Assembly: GCA_002787695.1 (NCBI GenBank)
Contig: PCXL01000011.1
Location: forward strand, 61,155-125,154
Reading direction: 5' to 3'
Origin: Candidatus Zambryskibacteria bacterium CG10_big_fil_rev_8_21_14_0_10_42_12
GTDB lineage: Bacteria; Patescibacteriota; Minisyncoccia; Phycocordibacterales; 1-14-0-10-42-12
Length of the DNA: 64,000 nt
Every line of letters starts with the position of its first letter. The first letter of the stretch is position 1. Positions 16,981 to 25,539 of this stretch are shown piece after piece. The notes under the pieces were generated by a model. That model saw nothing but the letters and a program-made list of their open reading frames with translations, made no database searches and was not told the DNA's origin. Made by a program: the position numbers and the translations under genes.

Positions 16981-17253
16981 TCAGGGCAGGCTAATGACCT
17001 GAAGATCTTCTGAGATATTGACCAGAGGCACGAGGCCTCCTTGTGGTTTTCCACTAGAAGTTTGAATTCTGCGGAGACCCTTGTGAACCAACTCGTACGT
17101 AGCGATGTCTTCGCCTATGTGAACGAGGGCTCCATGAGGGAGTCGCCGTGTACCTTCGCTGGTCGAAAAATTTGCACCCCACCAGAACCCTTGAAAAGAA
17201 CCGAGGATCATACCGGGAGAAGCAGTTCTCACTGCTCCTTGAAATCGTGACAT
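16981..17253 (-). CDS. Small orphan protein between ftsA and ftsZ
   Basis: 90-aa ORF with AAGGAG upstream, followed by a 26-bp perfect palindrome at 16942-16967. Confidence 0.45.
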   Translation of the reverse strand: MSRFQGAVRTASPGMILGSFQGFWWGANFSTSEGTRRLPHGALVHIGEDIATYELVHKGLRRIQTSSGKPQGGLVPLVNISEDLQVISLP

Positions 17254-17309
17254 CTTACTTTTGCTCCTTGAACTACTGTATATTTATTAACACAAAAATA
17301 TAGAAAAGT

Positions 17310-18497
17310 CTACGGTAAAAATTGTTTGACCCAGGAGAGGAATTTGCCCCAGATTTTCTTTGCGATTTTACCGACACCAATACCAGCGAGTGTTGACTCG
17401 TCTTCAGAGAGTAGGCCGGCGAGTGCTAAGCCATGGGCAACTGACCAAGAAGAATCTTGTATTTTTCCACCATTTGCAACCTCGAGCCTACCAATTTTTG
17501 AAGGGAGCTTCAGAGCATCACGCGCAATGTCTTCAATACGACCGACACCAGATCCACCGCCGGTAATAATGATTCCAGCAGGCAACATGCCACTCCTTCC
17601 GATTTTTTGGAGATGAGAGTCAATGAGTTCAAATATGTCTGAGAGTCGTGCACTCACAATTTCGTCTAACTTTTTGCGTGGGTATGTGGCACCGGTGATA
17701 CCTCCTCGTTTAATACTCTCCGCTTCTTCAAGTGGCACCTTGAGACCAAGGGCGATATCGTTCGTGATATCTGTTGAACCAATCGGAAATACTTCAAGTG
17801 AAATTGGTATGCCATTTTCGTACACAATAATAGATACGGTTTCTGAGCCTATGTTTGCAAGGACACAACCGGCAATCTTTTGTGTCTTCGTGAGTGTTAC
17901 AAAACTGCCCGCGATTGGACTTGCCATAACATCTGCTACCAAAATACCTGCATCCTCAACTGCTTCAATAAGATCGTTTAAGTGGTTCTCCAAACACATG
18001 ACGAACAGGACACGAGATTCGAGCTTGGTTCCCTTGAGTCCTTCGGGACTGCCAAGCGTAGGCTTTCCATCAATGCGATAGCCGATGGGGATTGAGTGCA
18101 CTATTTTTTTATTAATAGAGATTGATTGAGGAATGGCTTTTTCCGCTTCAATCATGGATTCTTTTACATCTTCTTCGGTGATTTCAAGATCGGCTCGTCC
18201 GATAACGACGGTACCAACAGAAACGAAGCTGCCGACACCTACACCACCAATAGAGATATATGCCCGTTTAATCGGATATCCATTTGCTGCTTTGGAAGCC
18301 TGACTAGCCGCGAGACGAATGCTGTGTGCTACCTCGTTTTTATTTATGATATAGCCATGACGAAGTCCTTTTGATTCCGCAATGCCCGTACCGATGATTC
18401 GTGTATTACGTTTGCCACCAGTTTCTGATGCCAGTGTGATTACAACTTTAACTTCGTATGTTCCGACATCTATGCCGACTGCTATTTCTTGTGCCAT
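17310..18497 (-). CDS. ftsA: Cell division protein FtsA
   Basis: GIDVGT, SKGLRHG, NIGSETVS, ITNDIA and IITGGGS. Confidence 0.97.
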   Translation of the reverse strand: MAQEIAVGIDVGTYEVKVVITLASETGGKRNTRIIGTGIAESKGLRHGYIINKNEVAHSIRLAASQASKAANGYPIKRAYISIGGVGVGSFVSVGTVVIGRADLEITEEDVKESMIEAEKAIPQSISINKKIVHSIPIGYRIDGKPTLGSPEGLKGTKLESRVLFVMCLENHLNDLIEAVEDAGILVADVMASPIAGSFVTLTKTQKIAGCVLANIGSETVSIIVYENGIPISLEVFPIGSTDITNDIALGLKVPLEEAESIKRGGITGATYPRKKLDEIVSARLSDIFELIDSHLQKIGRSGMLPAGIIITGGGSGVGRIEDIARDALKLPSKIGRLEVANGGKIQDSSWSVAHGLALAGLLSEDESTLAGIGVGKIAKKIWGKFLSWVKQFLP

Positions 18498-18616
18498 CCC
18501 GTTAGAAGCAGATCACGATCACTCGTTTTCTACTAGATGTGTTAGTTGTTAAGTGCGTGTCGACCATATAGCTATACATTTCTTAATTATACACGTGATC
18601 GTGGCTTCTCACGGGA
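18497..18616. mobile_element. 120-bp MITE at the ftsA start codon
   Basis: TCCCGTTAGAAGC..CACGATCAC / GTGATCGTG.GCTTCTCACGGGA terminal IRs; flanked by a CCA direct repeat. Confidence 0.8.
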
Positions 18617-18663
18617 CCATGTTTTAAAATTTCAAACAAAAAATGCCCGAGGGTGGGCAACTT

Positions 18664-19056
18664 TTATCGCATCTGAAAAAACTTCATTATGCGCCGTTCC
18701 TCAGTCTCCATTGTACTACCGTGGTCTAACCCCTTCAAATGAAGTAAACCGTGGATAAACAAAAATGCGACATGCTGCGTGTATGAATGGTTAAATTTTT
18801 TTGCTTCCTTTTTTATTCTTTCGAGACATAATGTAATTTCTCCTGTCGTTTTTGTAAGGGGAAATGACAGAACGTCAGCTGGTTTATTTTTTCCACGAAG
18901 TTTCATGTTGAGATCTTTTGATCGATCGCGACCGATAAAAGCCAAAGAGAGTTCGTAACGGGCACCGAGTACGTGGCGCACCATATCAGAATACGGCAGG
19001 GCGGGAGCCCTGCTGCGTGTCATATTTCGTATTGAACATGTCAAACCTACGTCCAT
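18664..19056 (-). CDS. ybeY: rRNA maturation RNase YbeY
   Basis: RGKNKPADVLSF and HGLLHLKGLDH. Confidence 0.95.
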   Translation of the reverse strand: MDVGLTCSIRNMTRSRAPALPYSDMVRHVLGARYELSLAFIGRDRSKDLNMKLRGKNKPADVLSFPLTKTTGEITLCLERIKKEAKKFNHSYTQHVAFLFIHGLLHLKGLDHGSTMETEERRIMKFFQMR

Positions 19057-19059
19057 GTT

Positions 19060-19305
19060 TTATTTTGAGTCTCGTGTCTTCTCGGTGATCTTGCCGAGTT
19101 TGATCATCTTTTGAATCTCTGCGCGGCGTGCAATCACCTTGAGAGCACCTTTTTTCTTGGTGTATGCAGACGGACTGCGCTTTGCATATCGACGACCACG
19201 CACAGCCTGTAAGAGGCCTGATCGTTGCACTTTTTTGGTAAAGCGACGCATTACACTTCCGTTATGTTCGCTACCTGTTTTTACGACTTCTACGTTTACT
19301 GCCAT
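19060..19305 (-). CDS. rpsU: 30S ribosomal protein S21-like
   Basis: Small basic protein; SVMRRFTKKVQRSGLL...RRY. Confidence 0.7.
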   Translation of the reverse strand: MAVNVEVVKTGSEHNGSVMRRFTKKVQRSGLLQAVRGRRYAKRSPSAYTKKKGALKVIARRAEIQKMIKLGKITEKTRDSK

Positions 19306-19424
19306 CCCGTTAGAGACAGGTCGCGGTCACCCGAGACCTGTAGATTAATTTTATAACTTACTGATTTAATTATTTTAGATTCTCATGTCCTATTTCCCGA
19401 GAGCGACCGCGGTCTCTAACGGGA
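19305..19424. mobile_element. 120-bp MITE at the rpsU start codon
   Basis: TCCCGTTAGAGAC..CGCGGTC / GACCGCGGTCTCTAACGGGA terminal IRs; flanked by a CCA direct repeat. Confidence 0.8.
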
Positions 19425-19473
19425 CCATAGTGGCAAAGATAGTACCACAAGGCTCTGTTTTGGGCAATATCGT

Positions 19474-20619
19474 TTATTTATACTGCTTAATGAGCTTCGA
19501 AATCTCAGAAACAGGGATATTTTCTTGTTTCCAGGTAGCAATATTTCGAACCACTATCGAGTTTTCGCAGGCTTCTTTTTGTCCCATGATAATGAGGTAT
19601 TTTGCTCCGGATTTTTGCGCATGCTGCATTTGACCACTGATCTTGTCGTAGGTAAGTGCATGCTGAACAGGTACCCGCGCTTCGCGAAGTGTTTCGATAA
19701 TGCGAAGGCCCTTGAGACGTGCACTTGGTCCCAAATGTACAAAATAGAACAGTGGTTTGCTTTTCTTATTTATCACGAGACTGATCTTTGGCTTTGGTTT
19801 TTCGTAAGAAACAGAGGCACTGATCACGGGTACGTCTTTCTTTACACCAAATTTCTTACTGATTTTGCCATATCTGAATCCTCGCGCGAGTTGAGTGCCT
19901 GTATCTTCGTTGGTGATTTCAAAAACTGTATGGTTAGCGACGTTTTTATTAGCAAGCAGGTTGTAATTTATCGTGTAAGGGATGTTTACTGATTCGAGAT
20001 ATTCGAGCACTTCTTTAAAATGTTTTCTCGCAGGTTCTGAAAGATAATTCACTATTGCAGGTGCTGTTGTGACAAATGATTCACAAAGGACATCAGTGCA
20101 CCGAGTAATTTCAAGTGTATTTTTTTGGAATACCGCTCGCCATTTATCGGGTACGGTGTGAATGTGTTTACGCAAGTAGTTTCCTAATTCTTTTTCAAAG
20201 CGCATCAGTGTATCGCGCTCACCCATGCTATTTATATGCACGGTGAGATTTTTAAAGCCTTCTGCTTGAAGTGTCGCGCGAACTGTTTGAATCAGAAGTG
20301 CGTCAGCAATACTCTCGTTTGATCCTAAAATATCGAGAGAAAAATTGTGGCCGGACGTTTTTTTGCGAGTAGATTTGCTGTAATAAAATAATCGTGGCTC
20401 GTCTTGCTCATGAAATTTTTGGTTAATGAAGAAGCGCATCAGAGCAATTTTTTCAGAAATGGGATCTTTAAAATCAATATGTTCCAACGCCTCAGAGAGC
20501 GCGGTGTCATCTTTTGTAATTCGCGGAGTTTTTATAGGTATAAAGCCGTAATGAATTGGAACTTCGGCTATTTTTTCATACTCAGTCGCAGAATATGACG
20601 CATGTTTTTGTATGTTCAT
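19474..20619 (-). CDS. Divergent histidyl-tRNA synthetase-like protein
   Basis: YGF.PIKTP, HFKEVLEYL and HTVFEI; C-terminal anticodon-binding domain (IIMGQKE...IVVRNI.TWKQE). Motif 2 is not recognisable. Confidence 0.75.
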   Translation of the reverse strand: MNIQKHASYSATEYEKIAEVPIHYGFIPIKTPRITKDDTALSEALEHIDFKDPISEKIALMRFFINQKFHEQDEPRLFYYSKSTRKKTSGHNFSLDILGSNESIADALLIQTVRATLQAEGFKNLTVHINSMGERDTLMRFEKELGNYLRKHIHTVPDKWRAVFQKNTLEITRCTDVLCESFVTTAPAIVNYLSEPARKHFKEVLEYLESVNIPYTINYNLLANKNVANHTVFEITNEDTGTQLARGFRYGKISKKFGVKKDVPVISASVSYEKPKPKISLVINKKSKPLFYFVHLGPSARLKGLRIIETLREARVPVQHALTYDKISGQMQHAQKSGAKYLIIMGQKEACENSIVVRNIATWKQENIPVSEISKLIKQYK

Positions 20620-21233
20620 GAGGAAGTTGTGTGTCCAGGTTTAATGTCAATTACGTTAAAAGGAAAAAGTCTAACAAGTGGTTCGCCAACGAGTAGGTCC
20701 TCAGAGAGAGGTCCCCATTGACGTGAATCGTAACTACCTGATCTGTTGTCTCCCATTACGAAATAATCGTGTTCGCCAAGTGTTACGGTATGTGAATCCT
20801 TAAGTTCATGTGTGATATAAGGTTCATCAAGTTTGATACCGTTAGGAAATTCATCATTGACGATGCTCACTACACCATTTTCGATGACAACTGTTTCTCC
20901 TGGAAGACCAATGATGCGTTTGATGAGATAACGGCTCTTTTGGAAGGGAAATTTGAATACAACTACATCAAAACGTTGCCAACCTGAACCGATTTTAGGG
21001 CTGATTTGGTCCACAATTAGGTAATCACCCGAATGAAATGTTGGATCCATAGATGCGCCAGAGACCACAAAGGGTTGTGCTACAAAAAGTCGGAAAGGAA
21101 CAATGATGACGAGAAAAATAAAAGCAAACCGAATAACGTCTTCGCGAAAAGAAGGAGCCTTTTTCATTTCGCTGTGAGGTTTGAGAGGCGCATGCTGATG
21201 AATGTTTTGTGTGCTGTCTTTTTCATCGTGCAT
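20616..21233 (-). CDS. lepB: Signal peptidase I
   Basis: SGASMDPT, IKRIIGLPGE and MGDNR..SYDSR.WG. Confidence 0.97.
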   Translation of the reverse strand: MHDEKDSTQNIHQHAPLKPHSEMKKAPSFREDVIRFAFIFLVIIVPFRLFVAQPFVVSGASMDPTFHSGDYLIVDQISPKIGSGWQRFDVVVFKFPFQKSRYLIKRIIGLPGETVVIENGVVSIVNDEFPNGIKLDEPYITHELKDSHTVTLGEHDYFVMGDNRSGSYDSRQWGPLSEDLLVGEPLVRLFPFNVIDIKPGHTTSS

Positions 21234-21314
21234 AGTAGATACATTTTATACGTCTCTGTTGTTTGACACAAGTTATTTTTCGTAGACGAAGTTAAAAAAT
21301 GTTTTTGAGAGAGT

Positions 21315-21499
21315 AGAACCTGTTTAGAATCTAGTGCCTTGATAAAATTTTCAAATTTCGAGCGAGCACCACGAAGTCCGACGAAACATATCGAGATACG
21401 TTGAGAAGGGATGAGTGATGTGTAGCCGAAATTTGAAAATTTTTGCAGGCAAGCTCTCTGAATCCGTATTATTATGTGGCTAGATTCTAAACAGGTTCT
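21315..21499. mobile_element. 185-bp MITE
   Basis: Perfect 20-bp TIR AGAACCTGTTTAGAATCTAG; inner IR AAAATTTTCAAATTTCG. Confidence 0.8.
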
Positions 21500-21508
21500 T
21501 GGTGTACT

Positions 21509-22114
21509 ATGAAAGTTATGGTTACAGTAGTGGGACTTGGAAATCCTGGAAAAGAATATGAGCAGACGCGGCACAATGTTGGGCGCATGATTGTTGAAGA
21601 CGTGGCTCTGTATTTTGGTGTGAGGGAATGGAAGGAAGATAAGAAAAAAGTTGCACTGGTTGCATCTGGTGGCACTGGAAAAGAAAAGATTGAATACATA
21701 TTGCCAGAAACATTTATGAATAAGAGTGGCAAGAGTCTTGCGCACCTTAAAGGGGGCGTGAAAAAGATAGAAAACACTATTGTGATACATGATGACCTCG
21801 ATATGCCAGTGGGAAGCGCTAAAATGCTCTTCAACAGAGGAGATGGAGGACACAAAGGGGTGATTTCGATCAATAAATCGATCGGTAGCAAAGCATATGT
21901 GCGTATTAAAATCGGAATTTCAAAAACTACACCTGCAGGAAACATAAAAAAACCAAAAGGGGAAGAGGCGGTACAGAAACATGTGCTCGGAGAATTCTCT
22001 CTGGATGAACTAAAAATAATAAAAAAAATCAGCAAAGGCGTTGCTGAAGCACTGGAATTGTTTATGGGGGATGGACGAGCGAAAGCGCAGACGATATTTA
22101 ATAGTAGGTACTAG
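21509..22114 (+). CDS. pth: Peptidyl-tRNA hydrolase
   Basis: VGLGNPG, TRHNVG, FMNKSG, HDDLD and GGHKG. Confidence 0.97.
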   Translation: MKVMVTVVGLGNPGKEYEQTRHNVGRMIVEDVALYFGVREWKEDKKKVALVASGGTGKEKIEYILPETFMNKSGKSLAHLKGGVKKIENTIVIHDDLDMPVGSAKMLFNRGDGGHKGVISINKSIGSKAYVRIKIGISKTTPAGNIKKPKGEEAVQKHVLGEFSLDELKIIKKISKGVAEALELFMGDGRAKAQTIFNSRY

Positions 22115-22169
22115 GGAGATACGAAGAGGCGCGGAGCAAAGCTCCGCGCCGGATGTTGGTCTGGGTCAA

Positions 22170-22502
22170 CTACGCCGGCTGTACCGGCCACTCATCTTGG
22201 GTTTCGGAAGTGGGAGGACGCCCAGGCGCGAATCGCCTGCAGAGGTCCTCGAGCTCGTCCGTCTCTTCGGGGGACAATTGTCCTGCAAAGAGATCATGAG
22301 AGAGCTGTTGAAAGCGCATTGTGCCATGGCCTCCCCAAAGGCCCGCTTTGTGCAAGGTTCCGACAGTTGTCGCATCGATGAGCGTCTTGAGCGAATCTTG
22401 CTTTTCGGAGACGGATCTTGGTGTGCGTCGACGAGAAGCCATCTTTTTTCTTGCCATGGTTTCCTCCGGTATTGGTACAAGACCAATGGTGATTTTACTC
22501 AT
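22170..22502 (-). CDS. Hypothetical protein
   Basis: Higher-GC ORF, probably starting at MARKK after GGAG; hairpin at 22128-22150 downstream. Confidence 0.45.
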   Translation of the reverse strand: MSKITIGLVPIPEETMARKKMASRRRTPRSVSEKQDSLKTLIDATTVGTLHKAGLWGGHGTMRFQQLSHDLFAGQLSPEETDELEDLCRRFAPGRPPTSETQDEWPVQPA

Positions 22503-22584
22503 TTAAGAACTTTTGTCTAATTGCTTTTCAAACTATAAAGAAGTATAAAGATTCTAGCGGTTCTTACGCTGAGGAGATTTACAC

Positions 22585-22998
22585 ATGGGTAATAAGATGA
22601 CTGTGGATCTGGAAGAGGGTAATTGCAAGGTTAAGATCAAGGCAGGTGGGGGCGAGATTTACGTTGGCGGCGGGATACTACGGATGCATGTCGAGTACTT
22701 TGTTGATCCACTAAACGGATTCGGCGTAATCTCGGCTCCTTGCCCAGATGCAATAAGTCGAGTGGAGTGTTTCCTTGAGCCAACGCATACCCTCATAGAT
22801 CCGAAGAGGGGACTGAAGGTGCGGATTTTGACTCGGGTACGGGGTGAGAATGGAAAGTGGGTCATGCAGGAAGGCAAACTACTCATCCTTCCTGTGTTTG
22901 AACCACTCACCGACGAACTCTTGGGCTACGAGATGGAAACGGACGAACTCTTTCCGAAGCCGGTGTTCGAGAAGAATCTTGTGGAGGAACAAGAGTAA
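22585..22998 (+). CDS. Hypothetical protein
   Basis: GAGGAG RBS; terminator-like hairpin at about 23017-23042. Confidence 0.65.
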   Translation: MGNKMTVDLEEGNCKVKIKAGGGEIYVGGGILRMHVEYFVDPLNGFGVISAPCPDAISRVECFLEPTHTLIDPKRGLKVRILTRVRGENGKWVMQEGKLLILPVFEPLTDELLGYEMETDELFPKPVFEKNLVEEQE

Positions 22999-23083
22999 AT
23001 ACCGGCTCACAAAACAAGGGCGCGACGTAATCGTCGCGCCCTCGCTCTTTTCCGAATTCCACTATTGACTAATGACTGTGGAC

Positions 23084-24235
23084 TTATGACTTGTCATCAT
23101 CTTTATCCGCAAACGAGAGTGTCATTTTCATTTCATTTGGCTCAAAGAGATTGATCTTGAATTTATATGTCTTGCCGAGTTCGAGTGTCTTTCTGAGTTT
23201 CTCATCGCTTCCGAATTCAGATACGTGTACGAGTCCTGCAACACCTTCTTCAATAGAAGCGAGTGCGCCGTGTTTATTGAATTTGATGATCACGCCATCA
23301 ACAACATCGTCTTTCTTGTATTTTTTGGCTGCGTCTGCCCATGGATTTTCCTTGAGTTGTTTGATAGAAAGAGAAATCTTGCCGTCTTTAACATCAATGA
23401 CGCGGACTTTTACCTTGTCTCCAATCTTGTAGAGTTGTTTTGGATCTTCAACGAGCCCCCAATCCATTTCTGAAATGTGCACGAGTCCTTCAAGTCCTTC
23501 TTCTACTTTTACGAATACTCCAAATTCAACAACGCCAGTAACTTCACCATCGAGCACATCGCCAACTGCGTATTTCTCCACGATCTCACCCTTACCTTTC
23601 TCTTCCATACCCTTTTCAGAGAATATAAGTTTTCCTTCTCGGGGAAGTGCAGTGATGATAGATACGGTGATTTTTTCACCGATAAGTTTCTTGAGTTCAT
23701 CAAGAATTTTGTCTTTGTCTCCATCCTGTACGCGTGGATAGTGTTCAGGTTTTAGCTGGGATGCTGGAAGGAATCCAGTAATACCCTGCCAATTGATGAG
23801 AAGACCTCCTTTGTTTGCATCAGTAATAGGGAGTTCGAAGACCTTAGAGTCGCGAACTGCTTCTTCTGCTTCACCCCAGATGAGCGCCTGACGAGCCTCT
23901 TTGATAGAGATCTCGATATATCCCTCTTCGTTATCAAATGAAATAACTTTTGCAGAGATTGTGTCACCGATATTCATCTTGCGGATAATGTCTCGCGCAT
24001 TGATGAATTCACGACCATAGATAATACCTGTTCCGTATGGAGGCAAATCTACGTACACTGCTTTGTTGTCGAGTCCGATCACGGTACCTTCTACAAGGCT
24101 TTCAAGTTCGGGCGGGTTGGTAATTGCTGCAAACAGCTTGCCCATCTCGCTATCTTTTTTGTTTTGACGAGCTGCCTCTTCGGCACCTTCCATCTCGTCT
24201 GTTTTAGAAACCACTTCTTTTTCTTTTGTTGTCAT
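23084..24235 (-). CDS. rpsA: 30S ribosomal protein S1 (four S1 domains)
   Basis: NKGGL...GFLPASQL and FGVFV...EGLVHISEMDW. Start taken at MTTKEK. Confidence 0.92.
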   Translation of the reverse strand: MTTKEKEVVSKTDEMEGAEEAARQNKKDSEMGKLFAAITNPPELESLVEGTVIGLDNKAVYVDLPPYGTGIIYGREFINARDIIRKMNIGDTISAKVISFDNEEGYIEISIKEARQALIWGEAEEAVRDSKVFELPITDANKGGLLINWQGITGFLPASQLKPEHYPRVQDGDKDKILDELKKLIGEKITVSIITALPREGKLIFSEKGMEEKGKGEIVEKYAVGDVLDGEVTGVVEFGVFVKVEEGLEGLVHISEMDWGLVEDPKQLYKIGDKVKVRVIDVKDGKISLSIKQLKENPWADAAKKYKKDDVVDGVIIKFNKHGALASIEEGVAGLVHVSEFGSDEKLRKTLELGKTYKFKINLFEPNEMKMTLSFADKDDDKS

Positions 24236-24437
24236 AATTTTATTGACGAGCCTTTTTGAGAAAAGCCCAAAATACAAAAAGCGACAAGTTCCTCTGCTCA
24301 TTTCTCTTACATCCGCCAAGGCGGAATGGCCGTAATCGCGCAAAAGGTGTCAGCTTGTCTCCAAAGCTAATAATATGTTCATTTGCCTCAGGCAAAAGAA
24401 CGGCTTATTTATACCTTAAAATTATAATTTTGCCAAT

Positions 24438-24460
24438 TTACCAAGGTTCAACCTTGGTAA
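24438..24460. repeat. REP-like palindrome with AAGGTTSAACCTT core
   Basis: TTACCAAGGTT-C-AACCTTGGTAA. Confidence 0.7.
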
Positions 24461-24549
24461 ACCGTAGTCCAACAAACTCCGAAACTTCGTATTGTCTATT
24501 GTTCAAATGACTATGGACGAGTGGTGAGTTACTAGGTTACACTAGTCCC

Positions 24550-25179
24550 ATGGTTATCACATATCACGGCGGACAGGCATTCAGAGTCAGTTTTGGCGAT
24601 CTCACACTCGCCTTTAATCCTGTATCTAAAGAGTCAAAGCTCAAAACAGCAAGCTTTGGTGCTGATGTGGTGCTTATCACTACGAAGCACCCGGATATGA
24701 ATGGAGCTGAGCAGGCATCTCGGGGAGACAAGGATGCATTTGTGATAGATGGTCCAGGAGCGTATGAAATAAAGGATGTGATCGTCAAAGGTTTCCAGAC
24801 AGAATCTACCTATGATAATGAAGAGCGACTCAACACGGTATATCTGGTTGATCTTGAAGGTATGACTATTTGTTTTGCTGGTGCACTTAAGAGTCCGTCT
24901 ATCGGACCAGAAGCCAGTGAAGAAGTAAACCAAGTAGATATTCTCTTTGTACCAATCGATGGTGAAGGAGAGCTTGGTCCGAGCGACGCGTATAAGTTGG
25001 CGGTAGGACTTGAGGCAAAAGTGGTTATTCCTATGGGTGCTCACATGACTGCTGAACATATCAAGCAATTTTTGAAAGAAGGTGGCAGCGAAAGTGTAAA
25101 ACCGGTTGATAAGCTCACCATTAAACCAAAAGATGTGGCAGACAAGACAGGAGAGATTATCGTACTTGATGCTCAATAA
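24550..25179 (+). CDS. MBL-fold metallo-hydrolase-like protein
   Basis: ITYHG, ADVVLIT.KHPDMN, IDGPGAYEI and VVIPM; metal ligands partly lost. Confidence 0.8.
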   Translation: MVITYHGGQAFRVSFGDLTLAFNPVSKESKLKTASFGADVVLITTKHPDMNGAEQASRGDKDAFVIDGPGAYEIKDVIVKGFQTESTYDNEERLNTVYLVDLEGMTICFAGALKSPSIGPEASEEVNQVDILFVPIDGEGELGPSDAYKLAVGLEAKVVIPMGAHMTAEHIKQFLKEGGSESVKPVDKLTIKPKDVADKTGEIIVLDAQ

Positions 25180-25187
25180 TACGTCGT

Positions 25188-25487
25188 ATGTTTGCAAGAA
25201 TTAAAGAGTCTTCAGAAAGGACCAAAAACATATTTGTATGGATTTTCTCAGGAGGAGTCACGCTGACCATTTTTGCTCTGTGGGCTATATTTGCTTTACC
25301 CGGAATTTTGGGAACGAGTGATGAATCTGCACAAAAAGCAGCTGCATCACCTTCTGTTTTTGGTGTGCTCCGAGATCAAATTTCATCGTTACCAGCAAAT
25401 GCAATTAATGCGCTCGAGCGTTGGGGAACGGAAGTAAACTCGAGTGATTTGTTAGACTCAAAATTGGAATATAAGGCAGAAAGTTAG
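25188..25487 (+). CDS. Small single-TM protein
   Basis: One hydrophobic helix; operon spacing with its neighbours. Confidence 0.65.
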   Translation: MFARIKESSERTKNIFVWIFSGGVTLTIFALWAIFALPGILGTSDESAQKAAASPSVFGVLRDQISSLPANAINALERWGTEVNSSDLLDSKLEYKAES

Positions 25488-25539
25488 GCGTAATTTGGCT
25501 ACCCAAAAGGACTCAAATATGCTAAAATAGAAGGGATTT

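Noticed and set aside
21164-21853. 229-aa minus-strand ORF spanning the MITE
   Set aside because: It is antisense to pth and crosses a non-coding inverted-repeat element; its composition is not protein-like.
24236-24420. Structured rpsA leader or riboswitch (includes TCCGCCAAGGCGGA hairpin)
   Set aside because: Only one short palindrome is evident and I cannot match a known RNA family by eye.
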